This document shows positions 1-14,470 of a DNA stretch of 64,000 nucleotides, in pieces. The notes under the pieces are model-generated. The model saw only the letters and a list, made by a program, of their open reading frames with translations. It did no database searches and was not told where the DNA came from. How positions within the stretch are numbered: the stretch's first letter is position 1; each line of letters opens with the position of its first letter. Made by a program: the position numbers and the translations under genes. The DNA comes from Camelus dromedarius (taxonomy: Eukaryota): the NCBI RefSeq assembly GCF_036321535.1, contig NC_087462.1:7998001-8062000 (forward strand), given 5' to 3'.

Positions 1-1612
1 TCAATGGCTCCCCATTACCTTGAGGACTAAACCCTCTATTGTACCTCAGGCCTTCCTCACCTGTCTTATCTCCATCTGCTCCACTGCCTTGCACACAGTA
101 GGTGCTTAATCAATACTGTGTCCATGCAGCCAATCCCTGTGTACTGGGGACCTACTCTGCCAGCTACTGAGCTTACTTAAGAGACACTTAAGCCTTTTGC
201 TATTGGACTTACACTCCAGTGGGAGGAGGCAGGTGATAAACATAAATAGTCAGGGAGTGAAAAAGGCTATAGCAGGGGGAAAAAATGCAGGATGAAGGTC
301 TGGGGAGTGCCTGGGAAGTGATGGGGTGCCTCCTTCAGGTATAAGATGCTAGAGGGCCTCCTGGCAGAGGTGACATTGAACAGAGTCCTGAAAGGTGAGA
401 AGAGCCAGCCTTGAGTCAAGAGGTGGGAAAGGGCATTCCAGATGGCAGGGACAGCAAGTGCAAGGGTCCTGGGGTTGTAATGAGTTAGGCAAGTTCAAGG
501 ACTAGAAAAGGGAGTCTGTGGCTGGAGATGGGGGTAGGGAGTGGAAGGCAGTGAGAGGAAGATGTGAGCAAGTGGAAGAAGAGCTCAGGGAGGGGAGCTG
601 CGGACAGCCTTGCAGGCCAGCTAGACCAAACCGCACAAATCTCCTCACAGTTCCCTGATCCTACCCTTTTTTCAGCTTTCAGGCCTTTGCATAGGCTGTT
701 TCCTCTGCCTGGAATTCCCTTTCTCTTACTTCCTAGTTCCCACCCAGATTCAGCATAGATGTCAGTTCCTCCAAGAAGCCTTCCCTGAACTCCCAACCTC
801 ACTCAAGTGCTTCCCCCACATCCTGGGCTCCCCCTCACAGACTCTTTGTACCCCATCTCCTCATCTGGACTGTGGGCCAGGAAGCATGCCTTGCACATCT
901 CCAGCAAGGAACTCCCGGCTTAGACTAAAAACCCAACAAGTGCGTCCCATCCTGGTTAAAGTTCTCCTCTCCTTTTCTGTCCTGTGACAGGCACCTGGGA
1001 GCCAAGATAAGGCACCAGGCGAGGTGGGGACTGTGGAAAACCCACACCTCACTGTGGCCAGGCACAAATGTTGCTGGATCTTTGGACTTCACAGACGACC
1101 CAGAGAGCCAGATTTTATTGTGAAGGTGTCCTGATTTTCAAAAGCCTGTGCATTGTGCGGCATGTGGATTGTATCTTTATAAAGACATTACCAAAACAAA
1201 CCTTCAAAACCCAAAAACCATATATAGATGCCTCAAATTATGAGAGCATCTTGTGGTGACTCTTTCCTACCTTTAAGGCCAAATTCCATGAGCACTTCCC
1301 CACATTTTCTGACTACTTTCCTCATTCGGAACATACCAGCAACCATATATCAAAATGTTCCCTCACACCTGTGCCAGGTGCTAAGCTATGATCTCATCGA
1401 ATCTCTCTCACATCTCTTCCACGTGTGTGCTGTTCTTGTGCTCAGTTTAGAGATGGGGAAACTGAGGCTTGGGCACGGAAAGCGACTGGCCCATAGACCA
1501 CAGAGCAAAGAAGTAGTAGAGGACCTAGCATATAAACTGTACTTGGAGGCGTCCTGCTTTGGGCCCTGCTGGCCACACCCCTCCCCCCACCATCTTCCCC
1601 CAAGCTCCTCAC

Positions 1613-4600
1613 CTGTCTGCGCCAGGTGGGCCTGCCTGAGGGCTTGTGCTGGGCACCTGTGGATGCACTTTGCAACAGCTGCAGCTGGGACTGGAGTCTG
1701 GGGAAGAGAGGGGCTGCTAGGACCCTGGTCCCCGGCTCAATGGACCACTCCCCCTCCCTTCCCCTGCAGTCTCAACTTGCTGCCTCCCCAGAATGGGCTG
1801 GGGGTGGGTCTCAACCTAGTCAGGCTGGGGCAAAGCCATCAAGCAGGGATCCTACTCACGTGAACAAGCTGTCTTCCAGGTTCCGGATGCGGGCCTGAGC
1901 CTGGCCCTCAGGTGACTGGGGGTCTTGCAAGGTGGGGTCTTGGGGTCGCTCTGGCTCCTCAGCCGCCCCGTCCATTAGCCAACGTTCCCGGAGAGAGTTC
2001 CTCTGGACGTGGGCAGGGCATATGGACTATCCCACCTTATGTAGGGCCCCCTCCAGATCCCCCATGCTGGGCAGATTTCTTATTGCCCCACAATTACCCA
2101 GACGGGACAGACATCTCTCCCTCAGGCTGGGGTACGTGCCCTCACTGCCCTCCATCCCCTCCATCCCCAACAATGCCAGGTGGGACAGACACCCCATTAC
2201 CAGCCCATAGCATTCCCAAGCTGGGAAAAACACCCATCCATCTTCTCAGCCTTTCTAGAATGGGACAGACACCCCCAAAAGTGAAATCAACGTCCCCATT
2301 GGCCGCTCCCTACCCCAAAGCTGAACAAACATCTCCACTGCCCCACACTCTTCCCAAAGGTGGAACAAATGTCCCCATCACCACCACCCCCTCTCTCAAG
2401 CTGGAAATCAATAAACCCCCATGATTAGGCACAGGCTCCTTTGGCCCTCCGAACTGACTCTCACAGACACCTCCACTTCATTGCCCGGGTTAGGCAGGCG
2501 CCCCCTCCCGCCCCCAACCTTGAGCCGCTCCACGCGGAGTTTCTCTTCTTCCAGCTCCCGGCGCGCGGCGCGGATCTCCTCCTGCAGCCGCCGCTTCTCC
2601 TGCGCACAGAGGATCCGGGGCTGCCCACGGGCCGGGCGGGGCCGGGCGGGGCCGCCGCCTCCCCGCCACCCTCCCTCCTCCGCCGGGCTTGCGGGGGCTC
2701 CCGGGACTCCCGGGGCTGCGAGTTGCGCGGGGCAGCGGAACACACGTCGGGGCTCCAGGCAGGGAGGGGGCACAGGACGCGCTGACTCAGCAGCGAGTAG
2801 GGGCGGGGCCGGCAGGGGCGGGACCAGCCGCGCCCGGGAAGCTGCGGAGGCCTTGTTTGCGCCGAATGGGGGGTCCGTGGATGGGGAGGGCCTTGTAAGG
2901 GTTATCTGGGGGGCGGTGTCTGAGATATGGGGTTAAGAGGGACGGGGTTCAGAGAGATGGGGGTCCAGATACGAGGAACAAAGGGAGGGAGCTAGTGAGA
3001 TGGGGGCTCAAAAATGGAGGTAAAGTCATGGGGGTCCAGCGAGACTAGGATGCAGAAGTTGGGGACCAGAGATGGGGCTTAGTGAGATGGGGGTTCAGAG
3101 AGATGGGGTCCACAGAGATGAAGATTTAGATATGGGAGTTTAGAGAGATGAAGTCCACGTATGGGGGTCTGAGAGACGGGGTCCAGACGTGGGGTGTTTG
3201 GGAGACAAGGGTTCAAGAATGGAGCATTGGATGATGCAGATTTCAAGAGTGCGGAGCCCACAGCTCTCCACTCTGCGGGGAGTAGTGACCAGACAGAGAG
3301 GAGGGGCCTGAGGACTTAGGTGGGGCGCCCCAGGGAAGGCTGAAACTGAGGGTGCTCCCCTCCACCTTCACCGCACTAGGCCTGCTCCCCATGATAGGTG
3401 GGAGGTGAGGAAGAGGCATTGAGCACGGCTAGGGGTGCCCAGGGCGCTGGGCGGAGCTCTCTATTAGGGCTTCACTTACCGCGATGACCTCTAGCCGCTG
3501 CCGGTAGAGGGAGCTCTCGGCCATGGGCCTGCAGGGAGAGAGCAGGGGTTGCGAAAGGGGTCTCCAGGGCCCCACCTCTCAGCAGGCCCGTCTCTTGAAT
3601 ACCCCTCTTTAAGATAAGATCCCTGAGCTGCTTGGAACTCAGTCAAAGCCCAGTGTTTTCCTCTATCTCCGCTTTGCACCTGAGAGGAGTCGGGGCAAGG
3701 GGCAGGGGTCCTGTGAGGGGGAGAGAGCAGAGACCAAAACAGGTTGAGCTAAATCCCTTCCCAGGCCTGACATCGCCTCTCTGAGCCTCAGTTTCTCCAT
3801 CTCTAAAGTGGGCCGGGATAGCTTGACCCTCACCTCACCTTGCAGAGAGATGCCCTTCCAAGGAAGTATCCGTGCAGGAAAAATCTTAGGACCTAGTGCT
3901 CCAAAATCAGTAGCATTGTTTATTATTAATAACTTTAATCATTTCCAATAACTTTAATAATTTATTAATTATAATGATCATTCCCAGTCTGTCCTACAGA
4001 AATCCTGCAAGACCCCAACACGCACTGTGTTTGCTTCCAGTTCCACACCCTCTCTGGACCTTGGCTCCTACCCAGCCAGCATCCCTTAAGCACTAGAGGG
4101 TGAGGAAGCCTGAGAAGTGTTCATCCCACTGTGGACACATACCATTGCCATGGTAACTCTGGAGCTGCCTCCTCTACCAGCAAACCACCCTCGCTGGGGG
4201 TAAGGGTCACCAGGTCACACTGCCTAGTGCTGGACTCTGAACTGGAAGGAGGGGGAGAATGACTGGCCATTTAAGGTTTAACCTGAAATTCCCCCATCAC
4301 TGTCCTCCTCAGAGCACCCCAGGATCCTCAGTGCCCAAACTCCAGGGCCACCCCCTAGCCAATCCAGACTTCCCCTGGAAGCTGAAGGCAGTTTGTGGGT
4401 GCTTCGGGGAGTCATCGTCACATCAACCTATCATCACAGACCTGCACTGAGTGCTGACTATGTGCAGGCGCCTCACAGGCTGATTATCTAGAAGGATATA
4501 TCCGTCTACCTGTTGGCCCTGACATTTAGCCCAGGGTGGGCACAGAGTGAGCCCTCAAACATTTATTAATTTGAGCACTAACCTATTGAGTGAGCATTAA

Positions 4601-6049
4601 CCTCACTGCCCAAACTCTAGTGGGGCCTCCCGGATCTTCTCTGGCCTCACCACGAAGGCATAATAGCGAGCTCACATTTAACACATACTATATATAGCTC
4701 TCTAAGTGCCCCACGGTGCTTCCGCTCGGCTCCCACAGCCACCTCCCCCTCCTTGTTCTGATCCTGAGACACTGTAGTCGACTCTACTGAATTGACATTC
4801 CAACTGAGAATAAAATCAGCCAGCCAGTAGCCAATGCACACCATGTGCCCGGCACTGTTAAATGCTGTACATTTACTCATTTAACCCTCTCTACCATGCT
4901 AGGAGGTAAAATCATACTGTCCCCATTTGATAGATGAGGAAACTGAGGCTCCAAGAAGTGGTGAAAAGACTTGTCTAAGTCTACTGAGTCAGGATTGAAA
5001 CTCAAGGCTCTCAGGCCCAAAACACTGGGAACACTTTGGGGAAGTGGGGAGTCCAGGCATCCTTGTCTTGGCAGCAAGGAGACCAGAGATCAACTAGGGG
5101 GTCTCTGACTTCTCTTAGGGCAGAGTACTGAAGTCATGCTTTACAGGGTATCCCAAAGGAAGCTCAGACCCCCTGCTAATAAGTTTGCCCCTACGGGAAG
5201 GCTGAAGTCCCCCCTTCTGCTCTCCCACCCTCAAGCTGTAATCTCCTTGCCTCTTCCTTGCTGGGGGGGGGGGGGGGATCAGGTTCCCGTTGCTAGGCAA
5301 CCAGGTTTGTAGTTGGTGAATAATGCAACAGGGAACCCAAAAGAGTGAGGAACCAAATTGGGGTCCCTGGAGGGAGCCCCTTTTCCAGAACTCTTTGCAA
5401 ACCTCTAGAGCCCCTCCACCCTCTTACTTTAAAAAGCCCTCACACCCTGAATATTAAAATACCCTGCACACCTCTTGAGATGTTACATATCTGTAACTCT
5501 ACAAGAATAGCATTCATGGTGGTGGCCTTTTTTGCCCCAGCAGGAACAGTTGGTGGTCATTTCATTAAACAAGTGATTGTTTCCATTTTGCCCTCCTCTT
5601 TCCCAGTTTGGGAGCTGTTAACTTTTTCTGTTGAATCTTAAACATTTTCTCCTAAACTGGATACTCAGGGATGATTCTAGAGGCAAAATATGGGAGTGAG
5701 GGGACCCTGACATTCCCCGCCCCCACCAGATAACAGCCCCACCCCCAGGCTGGACTTTGGGCTTGAAGCCTGCCAGCGGAAAATCCCCAAAAAAGAAGAG
5801 GGTGGGGGTTCACATCTCCCACCTGACTCTCTGGGGAGGGGGCATTGAAAAGCCTGTAAGGTTGGCTGCTAGCCTCCCTCCACTCCTTCTTGGGAGAGGC
5901 TAGCTGGGACTCTCACCACCCCCCATCTCCCGACAGTAGAAAGGTCAGCGTATTCCATGAACCCCTCCCAGGCCCTGCCCACCGGCCCCCCTGACCCTGG
6001 ACACTTACATGAGTGTGGCCGGAGCCCACACCTGGCTCTGCAGGGCCAT
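1613..6049 (-). CDS. PALM3: Paralemmin-3, 5' coding exons 1-5; the rest of the gene lies left of the window
   Basis: Exons with GT/AG ends and consistent phase: 6009-6049, 3480-3528, 2519-2599, 1860-2002, 1613-1697. Spliced translation MALQSQVWAPATLMPMAESSLYRQRLEVIAEKRRLQEEIRAARRELEEEKLRVERLKRNSLRERWLMDG...LQSQLQLLQSASTGAQHKPSGRPTWRRQ matches the recalled PALM3 N-terminus. A second in-frame ATG is at 3524. Confidence 0.95.
2060..2420. repeat. Degenerate ~40-bp repeat in PALM3 intron 3
   Basis: TGGGACAGAC/TGGAACAAA-CCCC cores at 2103, 2181, 2222, 2261, 2282, 2322, 2361 and 2402. Confidence 0.6.
2915..3230. repeat. Degenerate (AGAGATGGGG-GTCC/TTC)n repeat in PALM3 intron 2
   Basis: More than ten GAGATGGGG-like units with variable spacing. 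Confidence 0.65.
4835..5015 (+). mobile_element. MIR SINE remnant
   Basis: Core ccccatttgatagatgaggaaactgaggctc...gacttgtctaag. Confidence 0.7.
5289..5301. promoter_or_regulatory. RFX X-box in PALM3 intron 1
   Basis: GTTGCTAGGCAAC. A second near-consensus site, ATTGCCATGGTAAC, is at 4144-4157. Confidence 0.55.
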
Positions 6050-7369
6050 CTCTGCCCAGAAGCCCACGTTCTGGTCTTCGAGTTCAGGACCCACCACCCG
6101 CTTGTGGAAAGGTGCCCTAGAGGCTGTGACTTGGCTGTCTGGAGTTGGAGGGGGGGACCTGCAGGCGGGCACTGGGAGAGCTGGTCCAGCTGGTTTGGGC
6201 CAGGAGGCAGGAGACACACGGGCTGGGCTGAGGGGGGCTGGGGGCTGGCGGGCAGTTCTGGGGAGGTACTATCAGCTGTCCTGATCAATTATTTACCAGC
6301 TACTGGCCTCCTTGCTCCACTCAGCTGCCTCCCGGCAAACACACACTCACAGGCACAGTAGAGCTTGTGGACAAGAACTGGGAGTCCCTGACCCCCCTCA
6401 GACAATAGCGCCTCCACTTGGCACCTTAGAAACTTCAAGTCCAGCTGCCCACCAAGGGTCACCCACTTTTCAGTGTCGTTGCACACCACACACGAGAGAT
6501 ACTTTCACACACTACTGCCCTCCCTCCTTGGACCCTGGCTCTGGGAAGATAGGGCTGATCTGGCTAGAAGATTCTAGAGACCAGAGCCTGTGCCCCAGGG
6601 AAGACAGAAGGCCTGGGCTCTGGACAATTCTGGGCAACTTCCCCCAGGTTTCTAGGCCTCAGTTTCCCCTTTTGTAGAATGAGAGAATTAGATCAAATGA
6701 CCTCCAGGACCCTGGACACCTCTTAGATGCTATTACTATTGGGGAGGGGGTGATGAGGAAAGTCTAGAGAACTTCCTACCCAAATTTTGAGGGTCCCTGT
6801 TCTACCCTCTATCTCATTCTTAAAGGGCCAGCACCCCTTTCCTCAGCTGATTATGAGTTTCCTTCAACCACCCCTTTGGGAAAATTGTCTCCTACTCTCC
6901 AGGCTGGTCTCCTGCAGCCCCCAGCGCTTCCCTCATCACAGCCCTGGTCACACTGTGCAATTCTGACATGAACCTCAATGAGAAGGCCCTTGTACTTGGG
7001 CCCCTTGCTTTAGAGCGCACGCTCCCCATGGGGCAAAAGGAATGTACCCAGCTAAATCCTCCCTCCCTCTTCTAGATCCGACTCAGGGTGGCCAAGAAGT
7101 GGCCAAGGGCAGCTGTTGGCAGAGGGGTGAGGAAAGAGCTTGGGCATGCAGGGGGGTGGGCTCCCTAGGTGTGTGCACAGGGCTCCTCGCTGTGCAGAGT
7201 TGGGGGGTGGGAAGCAAAAGGGGCCAGATTGAGGGTGGGGGTTTCCCTGTGCTCCACATTCTAGCACAAAACCCCTAGGGATTCAAAATGTTTTCCATTG
7301 AATCTGGCCTTCTAGGTCATTCTAAAATTTTTATATTTATATTTGCCATGATAGGAAAAGAGAATATAT

Positions 7370-7910
7370 TTTTTTAAATTAGTTTTTAAATTGTGGTAAA
7401 ATACACATAACAAAACTTACCATCGGTGGCATTTAATACATTCACAATGTTTGTGCAACTTTCACCAGAAATTTCCAAAACTTTTCATCATTCCCAAAGG
7501 AAATCCTGTACTCATTAGGCAGTCACTACTCATCCTCCCACCCCCTGCAGCCCTTGGCAACCACCAATCTGCATCTGTCTCTATAGATTTACCTATTCTG
7601 ATTATAGTATGAGCTCAATTGTATTAAAGATGTCTAGTCAGCACACACACACACAGAAAAGATTTACCTATTTTGGACATTGCTTGTCAATGGAATGCAC
7701 AATATGTGGTCTTTNNNNNNNNNNNNNNNNNNNNNNNNNNNNNNNNNNNNNNNNNNNNNNNNNNNNNNNNNNNNNNNNNNNNNNNNNNNNNNNNNNNNNN
7801 NNNNNNNNNNNNNNNNNNNNNNNNNNNNNNNNNNNNNNNNNNNNNNNNNNNNNNNNNNNNNNNNNNNNNNNNNNNNNNNNNNNNNNNNNNNNNNNNNNNN
7901 NTAAATACTG
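7370..7910. mobile_element. Old L1 (L1M-type) 3' fragment, partly N
   Basis: ttttaaattgtggtaaaatacacataac...ggcatttaatacattcacaatg...tttacctattttggacatt is typical of an L1M 3' UTR. Confidence 0.6.
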
Positions 7911-8089
7911 GCTTGCAGTTTGATTTTATAACTGTAAATTTTAGATGTGTAGAATATAGGCTTCCCTTTGTACTCTTGTCCTGGGTTCCACATTGAGGCA
8001 AGATTGTTCAGTTTATAATTGAGTCTGTCTCCCAACCTCAACTGCAACTTCCAAGTCTGGCTTCTTTCTTTGTTCCCAGCATTGAGAAC

Positions 8090-8860
8090 ATCCTTAAACA
8101 ACTGTTCTGTGTCAGGTACGGTTCTAGGCATGGGGGAGTTGGGTGAGCATGACAAACAGAAAATGTTGTAATGCAGCTCACTTTCTGGTTGGGGAGGGAG
8201 ACACATAATATACAAGTAAACAAAGAAATAAAGGTGATTGATGATAACTGCAGTATTGGGTGAGTTACAGAAAATAACAGGGATAGGGTTATGGGGCAAA
8301 GCTGTGTGTGATGTAAGCTGGTGATCAGAGACCACTTCTCCAAAGAACTAATATTTGAGCTAAGATCTGAATAGCAGAAGCCAACCATGTGATGAGTTAT
8401 TCCAAGCAGAGGGAAAGGCAAGTGCAAAGACCCTGCAGTGACAATGCAGTTGGGTGGGTGGGTGGGTGGGGGGTTTGAGGAAAGCATTAAGGCTCGGATG
8501 GAGTGTATCAGAAGATGACATCTGATAAGTGGAAAGGGCTTTCTGAGCCACAGTGGGAAATTCGGAGTTTTCTTCTGAGTTAGATGGGGAGTCATTGGAG
8601 GACAGTGAATGGCTAGGACAAGGGTGGAGAGAAGTGGATGAATTCAGAGTATGTTTTGGAGGGAGAGCAAACAGCAATCCAATATATGAATGGATTGGAG
8701 AGGGATAGCTGAAGGAAAGAGAGTAATTGAGGCTAATTCAATAGCGTTCAGTTTGACATATCTATTAAACTGGGGACGGTTGGATATGAGTCCAAAACCC
8801 AGGGGAGAAAGAGCGAGAGTTATAAACTTGGGAGACATCAGCATGCAGATGGTGTTTAAA
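8090..8860 (+). mobile_element. L2 LINE remnant
   Basis: L2 3' motifs (tgtgtcaggtacggttctagg, agcagagggaaaggcaagtgcaaagaccctg, ttgggagacatcagcatgcagatggtgtttaaa). Confidence 0.65.
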
Positions 8861-11023
8861 ACATGAGACTGGAACTTGTCAACATCTGAGTATTAGCAGT
8901 AAAGAGATCTTATACTTAAACTGAGTAATAGATGAGAACTCAACAGAAGTTTTACAAAGGCATAGTAGGGAAACAAGGCATAGTACATAGCCTGAGTTGG
9001 CAACAGCAGGGAGCTGTTACCATCCCCCCCTCCCCAAGCCCTGGACAAGGCTTGGAGGGAGGGGGGCATGGGATAAACATCCTGACCTCACTCTCCTCTC
9101 TCGCATCAGCCAACTTCAGTGGAAGCCAGAGGGGAAGGAAGCTCACTGACGCAGGTGAAACCGAAGTCCGAGAAGGGGTGCCCAAGAGGTAGGAGGAAAA
9201 TCAGGAGAGGGTAATGTCCTTGAAGACCAAGGAGCTAATGGAGAAGAAATCATGGAGGAGCCAGGGACAGGGTCTGGCAAATGAAGGTCATGGGTGTCCC
9301 TGGACAGAGAAGGTTCAGTGGCATGGTGGAACCAAGAGCCCAGTAAGCATGGCGAGAGGAGGGACAGACGGTGATAAAGGGGAGAGTCCACTATAGAGAG
9401 AACTCATTCCAGAAGTATAGTTTGAATCCTCATCCTCTCTGAAGGCAGTAGGCGCCATTATCCCCATTTTACAGACAAGGAAACTGAGCCTTGGAGAAGG
9501 CTGGCACCTTGCTCAGGTTATAAGTGGGATAGAAACCGGGGGGGCCTAATTCCAATTAGGTCAAGGGTAGAGGGAGGAAGGAGGTCAGATGGTCAAAGGG
9601 AGGAGGATAGCAGTTTAAGATTGGGATCCAGGAGAGAGTAGAATGAGAGGGTGGACAGAAGGGAGTAACAGAGGTAGGAAGAGAGTTGGGGGAAGATAAT
9701 TGGATTACTGGGGGTTCCTGAGGCTGTGTAGCCCCCTGCTTTCTCTAGGTAATTATATATTGTTTCCTGGTTACCCTAGAATGGTGGGGGCGGGGGAAGG
9801 GGTTTGGAGACAGCCCAGGGGAAGAGAGAACTATGTCCCTGGGGGTGGGTCGCCGGCTGAGGGCATCGATCCTGGCCTTGAACACCACAATCTAGCCCCA
9901 GCAGGGAGCTACTTCCTCCCGCAAGTCTGGATACCTCTCTGGGCCTTCCCAGTCTCCTGGGCCCAAGGTGACCGCCTTTCAAACCTCAGCCGCTCCGCTA
10001 AGCCCTGGAAGCGCTGTGCGTGAGTCCCTCCTCCCTCGGCCCCAGTAATGCACTTGGCGGCGGACGCCTCGCGGACTTTTCCGGGAGTGGTGAGGGGAGG
10101 CTCCCTCTGGGCTTGGCACCGCCCGGAACCATGCTGAGCCCAGGCACTGGGAAGGAGACTGGAGAGTGCGGTGAGACGGTTCCTGGCGCCCCCTTCAGCC
10201 CGAGCTGAGCGCCGCAGGGGTGGAAAGTGGAAGGACAGCCCAGAGGCTATGGGCGTCGCTGCCCACCGGCTGACACAGACTGGGCGGGACTGGCAAGGCC
10301 CCGGAAAGATGGCTTCGGGGGACACTCAACCAGAGGACAGTGATTCAGAGGCCTAGTCAGGCGTGCAGCTGGGGCCAAGCCTCCAATGCCGAGGACGTGG
10401 CGCCCACTGAGTGAACACGGCACGCAGATAGCAGGTTATGTCTAGGTAAGCCCTCTTGCAAGAAGTCCAATGCCCTGAGCTGATTGACATGAGGCGCGCC
10501 AGTGGACGAATTCTGGTGCGGAGCCGAGGCGCCCCCGCTTCGAGGGCGGGGCCAGAGCGGGGCCCGGAGTCCTCTCGGCAGGTGCAGGAGGCGGTGCTCG
10601 GTCCTGCCCCCGGGGGCCGTTCTTGCAGGCCAGGGGCGGGTCAGAGAAGCGGCCGGTGCCGGCGACGCCTTGGAACCCGCGGGCGGCGACTGCGGGCACA
10701 GGTGCCGCGCAGGGCACTGTGACCCAGGTCTGGGCATCAAAACTCCAGCGCTAGGAGCTAAGGCTTCCGAGCTGCTTCTTATCCTGAACACCGAGGCCCC
10801 CGGGCTGGAGAGCGGAGCCCTGGGGTCGTCTGAAGTGCGGGGCCCTGAGCCCCCTGGGTCAAACAGCGAAATCCCCGGGCCTGCAGCTGAGCAGGACACC
10901 GAGGTCCCTGCGCCCTCCCTAGAACAGGGCGCAGAGATTCCCGAGCGAGAGAGCCAAGTCCTCCGGTCGTCAGCCGGGCAGGACTCAGAGCGCCTCGGGC
11001 GGTCAGCAGCTGGGGCCTTTTAG

Positions 11024-12630
<1,607 letters not shown>

Positions 12631-13150
12631 GGTTCGAGCCGACTGGGATCCACGGACGAAAGTAACATGCCCGTCAGAGGACTCAGGCAGGGACGACCAG
12701 GAGTGCCCTCCGGAGGGGCGGAAGGGGCTAGAGGTCTGCACCGGGGAGGATGAAATCGATCAGCCCATCCTTGAACCTGATTTTTTGTGAAATTGACTGG
12801 TATCTTCTATAAAAATGTTAGTCCCTATTGGGAAACACCACCACCACAGCTCCGCCAGTAAAACAGTCCAGCCCTTCTCTGCCTAACTGCAAACAGAACT
12901 AGCTTCTCCTTACGGCCTTTGACTGTTAGAGGACCGGGGTCACCTCCTCGGCTGCCCCCACTCCCCAATAAAGCCCCTTCTTTCTGGGCAGTGCAGGCTG
13001 TTTTCTTCTAGGTCCTCTTCTGGGGTGGGGCGGGAGCGCGGCAGGAGGAGGAAGACCTGAGAAAAGGCTGAAGGCGCTGGCGGGAATGAGGAACGGCCCC
13101 TTACCGCCCTGTTCCGGAGCCGCAGGTCTCCCCCGGCCCGGCTGAGGTCT

Positions 13151-13169
13151 TAGTGCCCCCTGGCGGCGC
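13151..13169 (-). promoter_or_regulatory. Strong CTCF motif
   Basis: Reverse complement GCGCCGCCAGGGGGCACTA closely matches the CTCF consensus (GCCACCAGGGGGCGCTA). It sits in a CpG-retaining patch. Confidence 0.7.
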
Positions 13170-14194
13170 GGGTACGAACTGTGGCCTTCGGAAAAACAGA
13201 GCTCTTGCCCTCCCTTTACAGATTTCATTAACATTATTGGTGCCAGCGGCGTGCCCCGCTCTGTGTGCTGGCTAGACAGAGGTGATAAGAGGTTGTTCCC
13301 GCCCTGGCGACGTAAACAATAGCTATCAAAAAAAAAAAAAATCATAGGGAGTGGTGGTGGTGGTTCAAGCTCCTTAGCAGGGCATACAAGGCCATTTATA
13401 ATCTGCCTAGCAATTGCAAACCTCACATGCTACAGACTTCAGACAGATATTAAGAGAGATGGGATGTGTTGTGAAATAAATGCCTCACTTCAACGGACAG
13501 GTAGGTGTTTGTATCACCAATGCTGATTGAGCTCAGTGGTGTCAACCTGCTTTTTTCCAAAAGCAATTGAAAACTAACCCTTTAAAAGAGAAATCTACTG
13601 AACTTTAAATAATTTTTACTATTTAGGAAACTTTTTTAATTGGTGAGGGGCAGGAGGGGACAGCAAGCAACATCTGTTTGCAATAGGGCTTGTGGTTGTC
13701 AATTGGCAAGCCCTCCTTAATTCCTCTCTGTCCCAAGACAAGGGGTTCAAGGCCTCCCTGGAGAGGTTCAAGAGGGTCTGTGAACGTACTAAGCTGTAAA
13801 ATTGTATCTGTGCAGTATATTCTGTGGTTTTAGTATACCAGCTTCTTAGAGGTGCACTGAGATTCAGACAAAATCGAAGAGCCAAGAAGGTTTTAGAATC
13901 ATTGTTTAAACTCCTGGATTTATCCAACTCTGTATGTCCTGGGTCTTGCTCACACAGCACTGCACCTCAAGAGCTCAGTGCAAAGACCCACCCTGACCCC
14001 ATCATCAGCATACTGACCACATGCTTGACTGTGACTCTAGGAGGCATGGAAAGAAAGGCAGGAAAGAGCGAGCACTGCCAAGGTGGAAAATGGAAACACT
14101 CAAGGACCTGTTCTTAATTCCCGACAGGGGAGTTAAGAACTGAGCATGTAGAGTTGACAAAACCGCTTAAGTTTAGACCTGGGTTCTCTAACTT

Positions 14195-14470
14195 TCTTGA
14201 AGAATAAAATTACCCCAGTTACCCTTATGCCAAGTAGATCACATCTATTAAGAGGCCTTGACATTAAGAGAGCTCGGCAGGTGCTTCTGCCATGGAGCCA
14301 AGTTTGAGAGCCATGATGTTGATGTAGGTTAGCATTTTTCAAAGTGTGGTGTCTGGACCAGCAACATCAGTATCACTTGGGAACGTGTTAGAAACATCCA
14401 TTGTTGGGCCCCATCCCAGACTTAATGATCAAACCCTCCATGTGATTCTGAGGTACGCCAAAGTTAGGGA
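14195..14470. mobile_element. MER5-type hAT-Charlie MITE
   Basis: ttttcaaagtgtggtgtctggaccagcaacatcagtatcacttgggaacgtgttagaaa...gggccccatcccagact. Confidence 0.6.

Noticed and set aside
1995-2002. PALM3 'RNSLRERW' versus recalled human 'RKSLRERW'
   Set aside because: A single substitution whose significance cannot be judged without an alignment.
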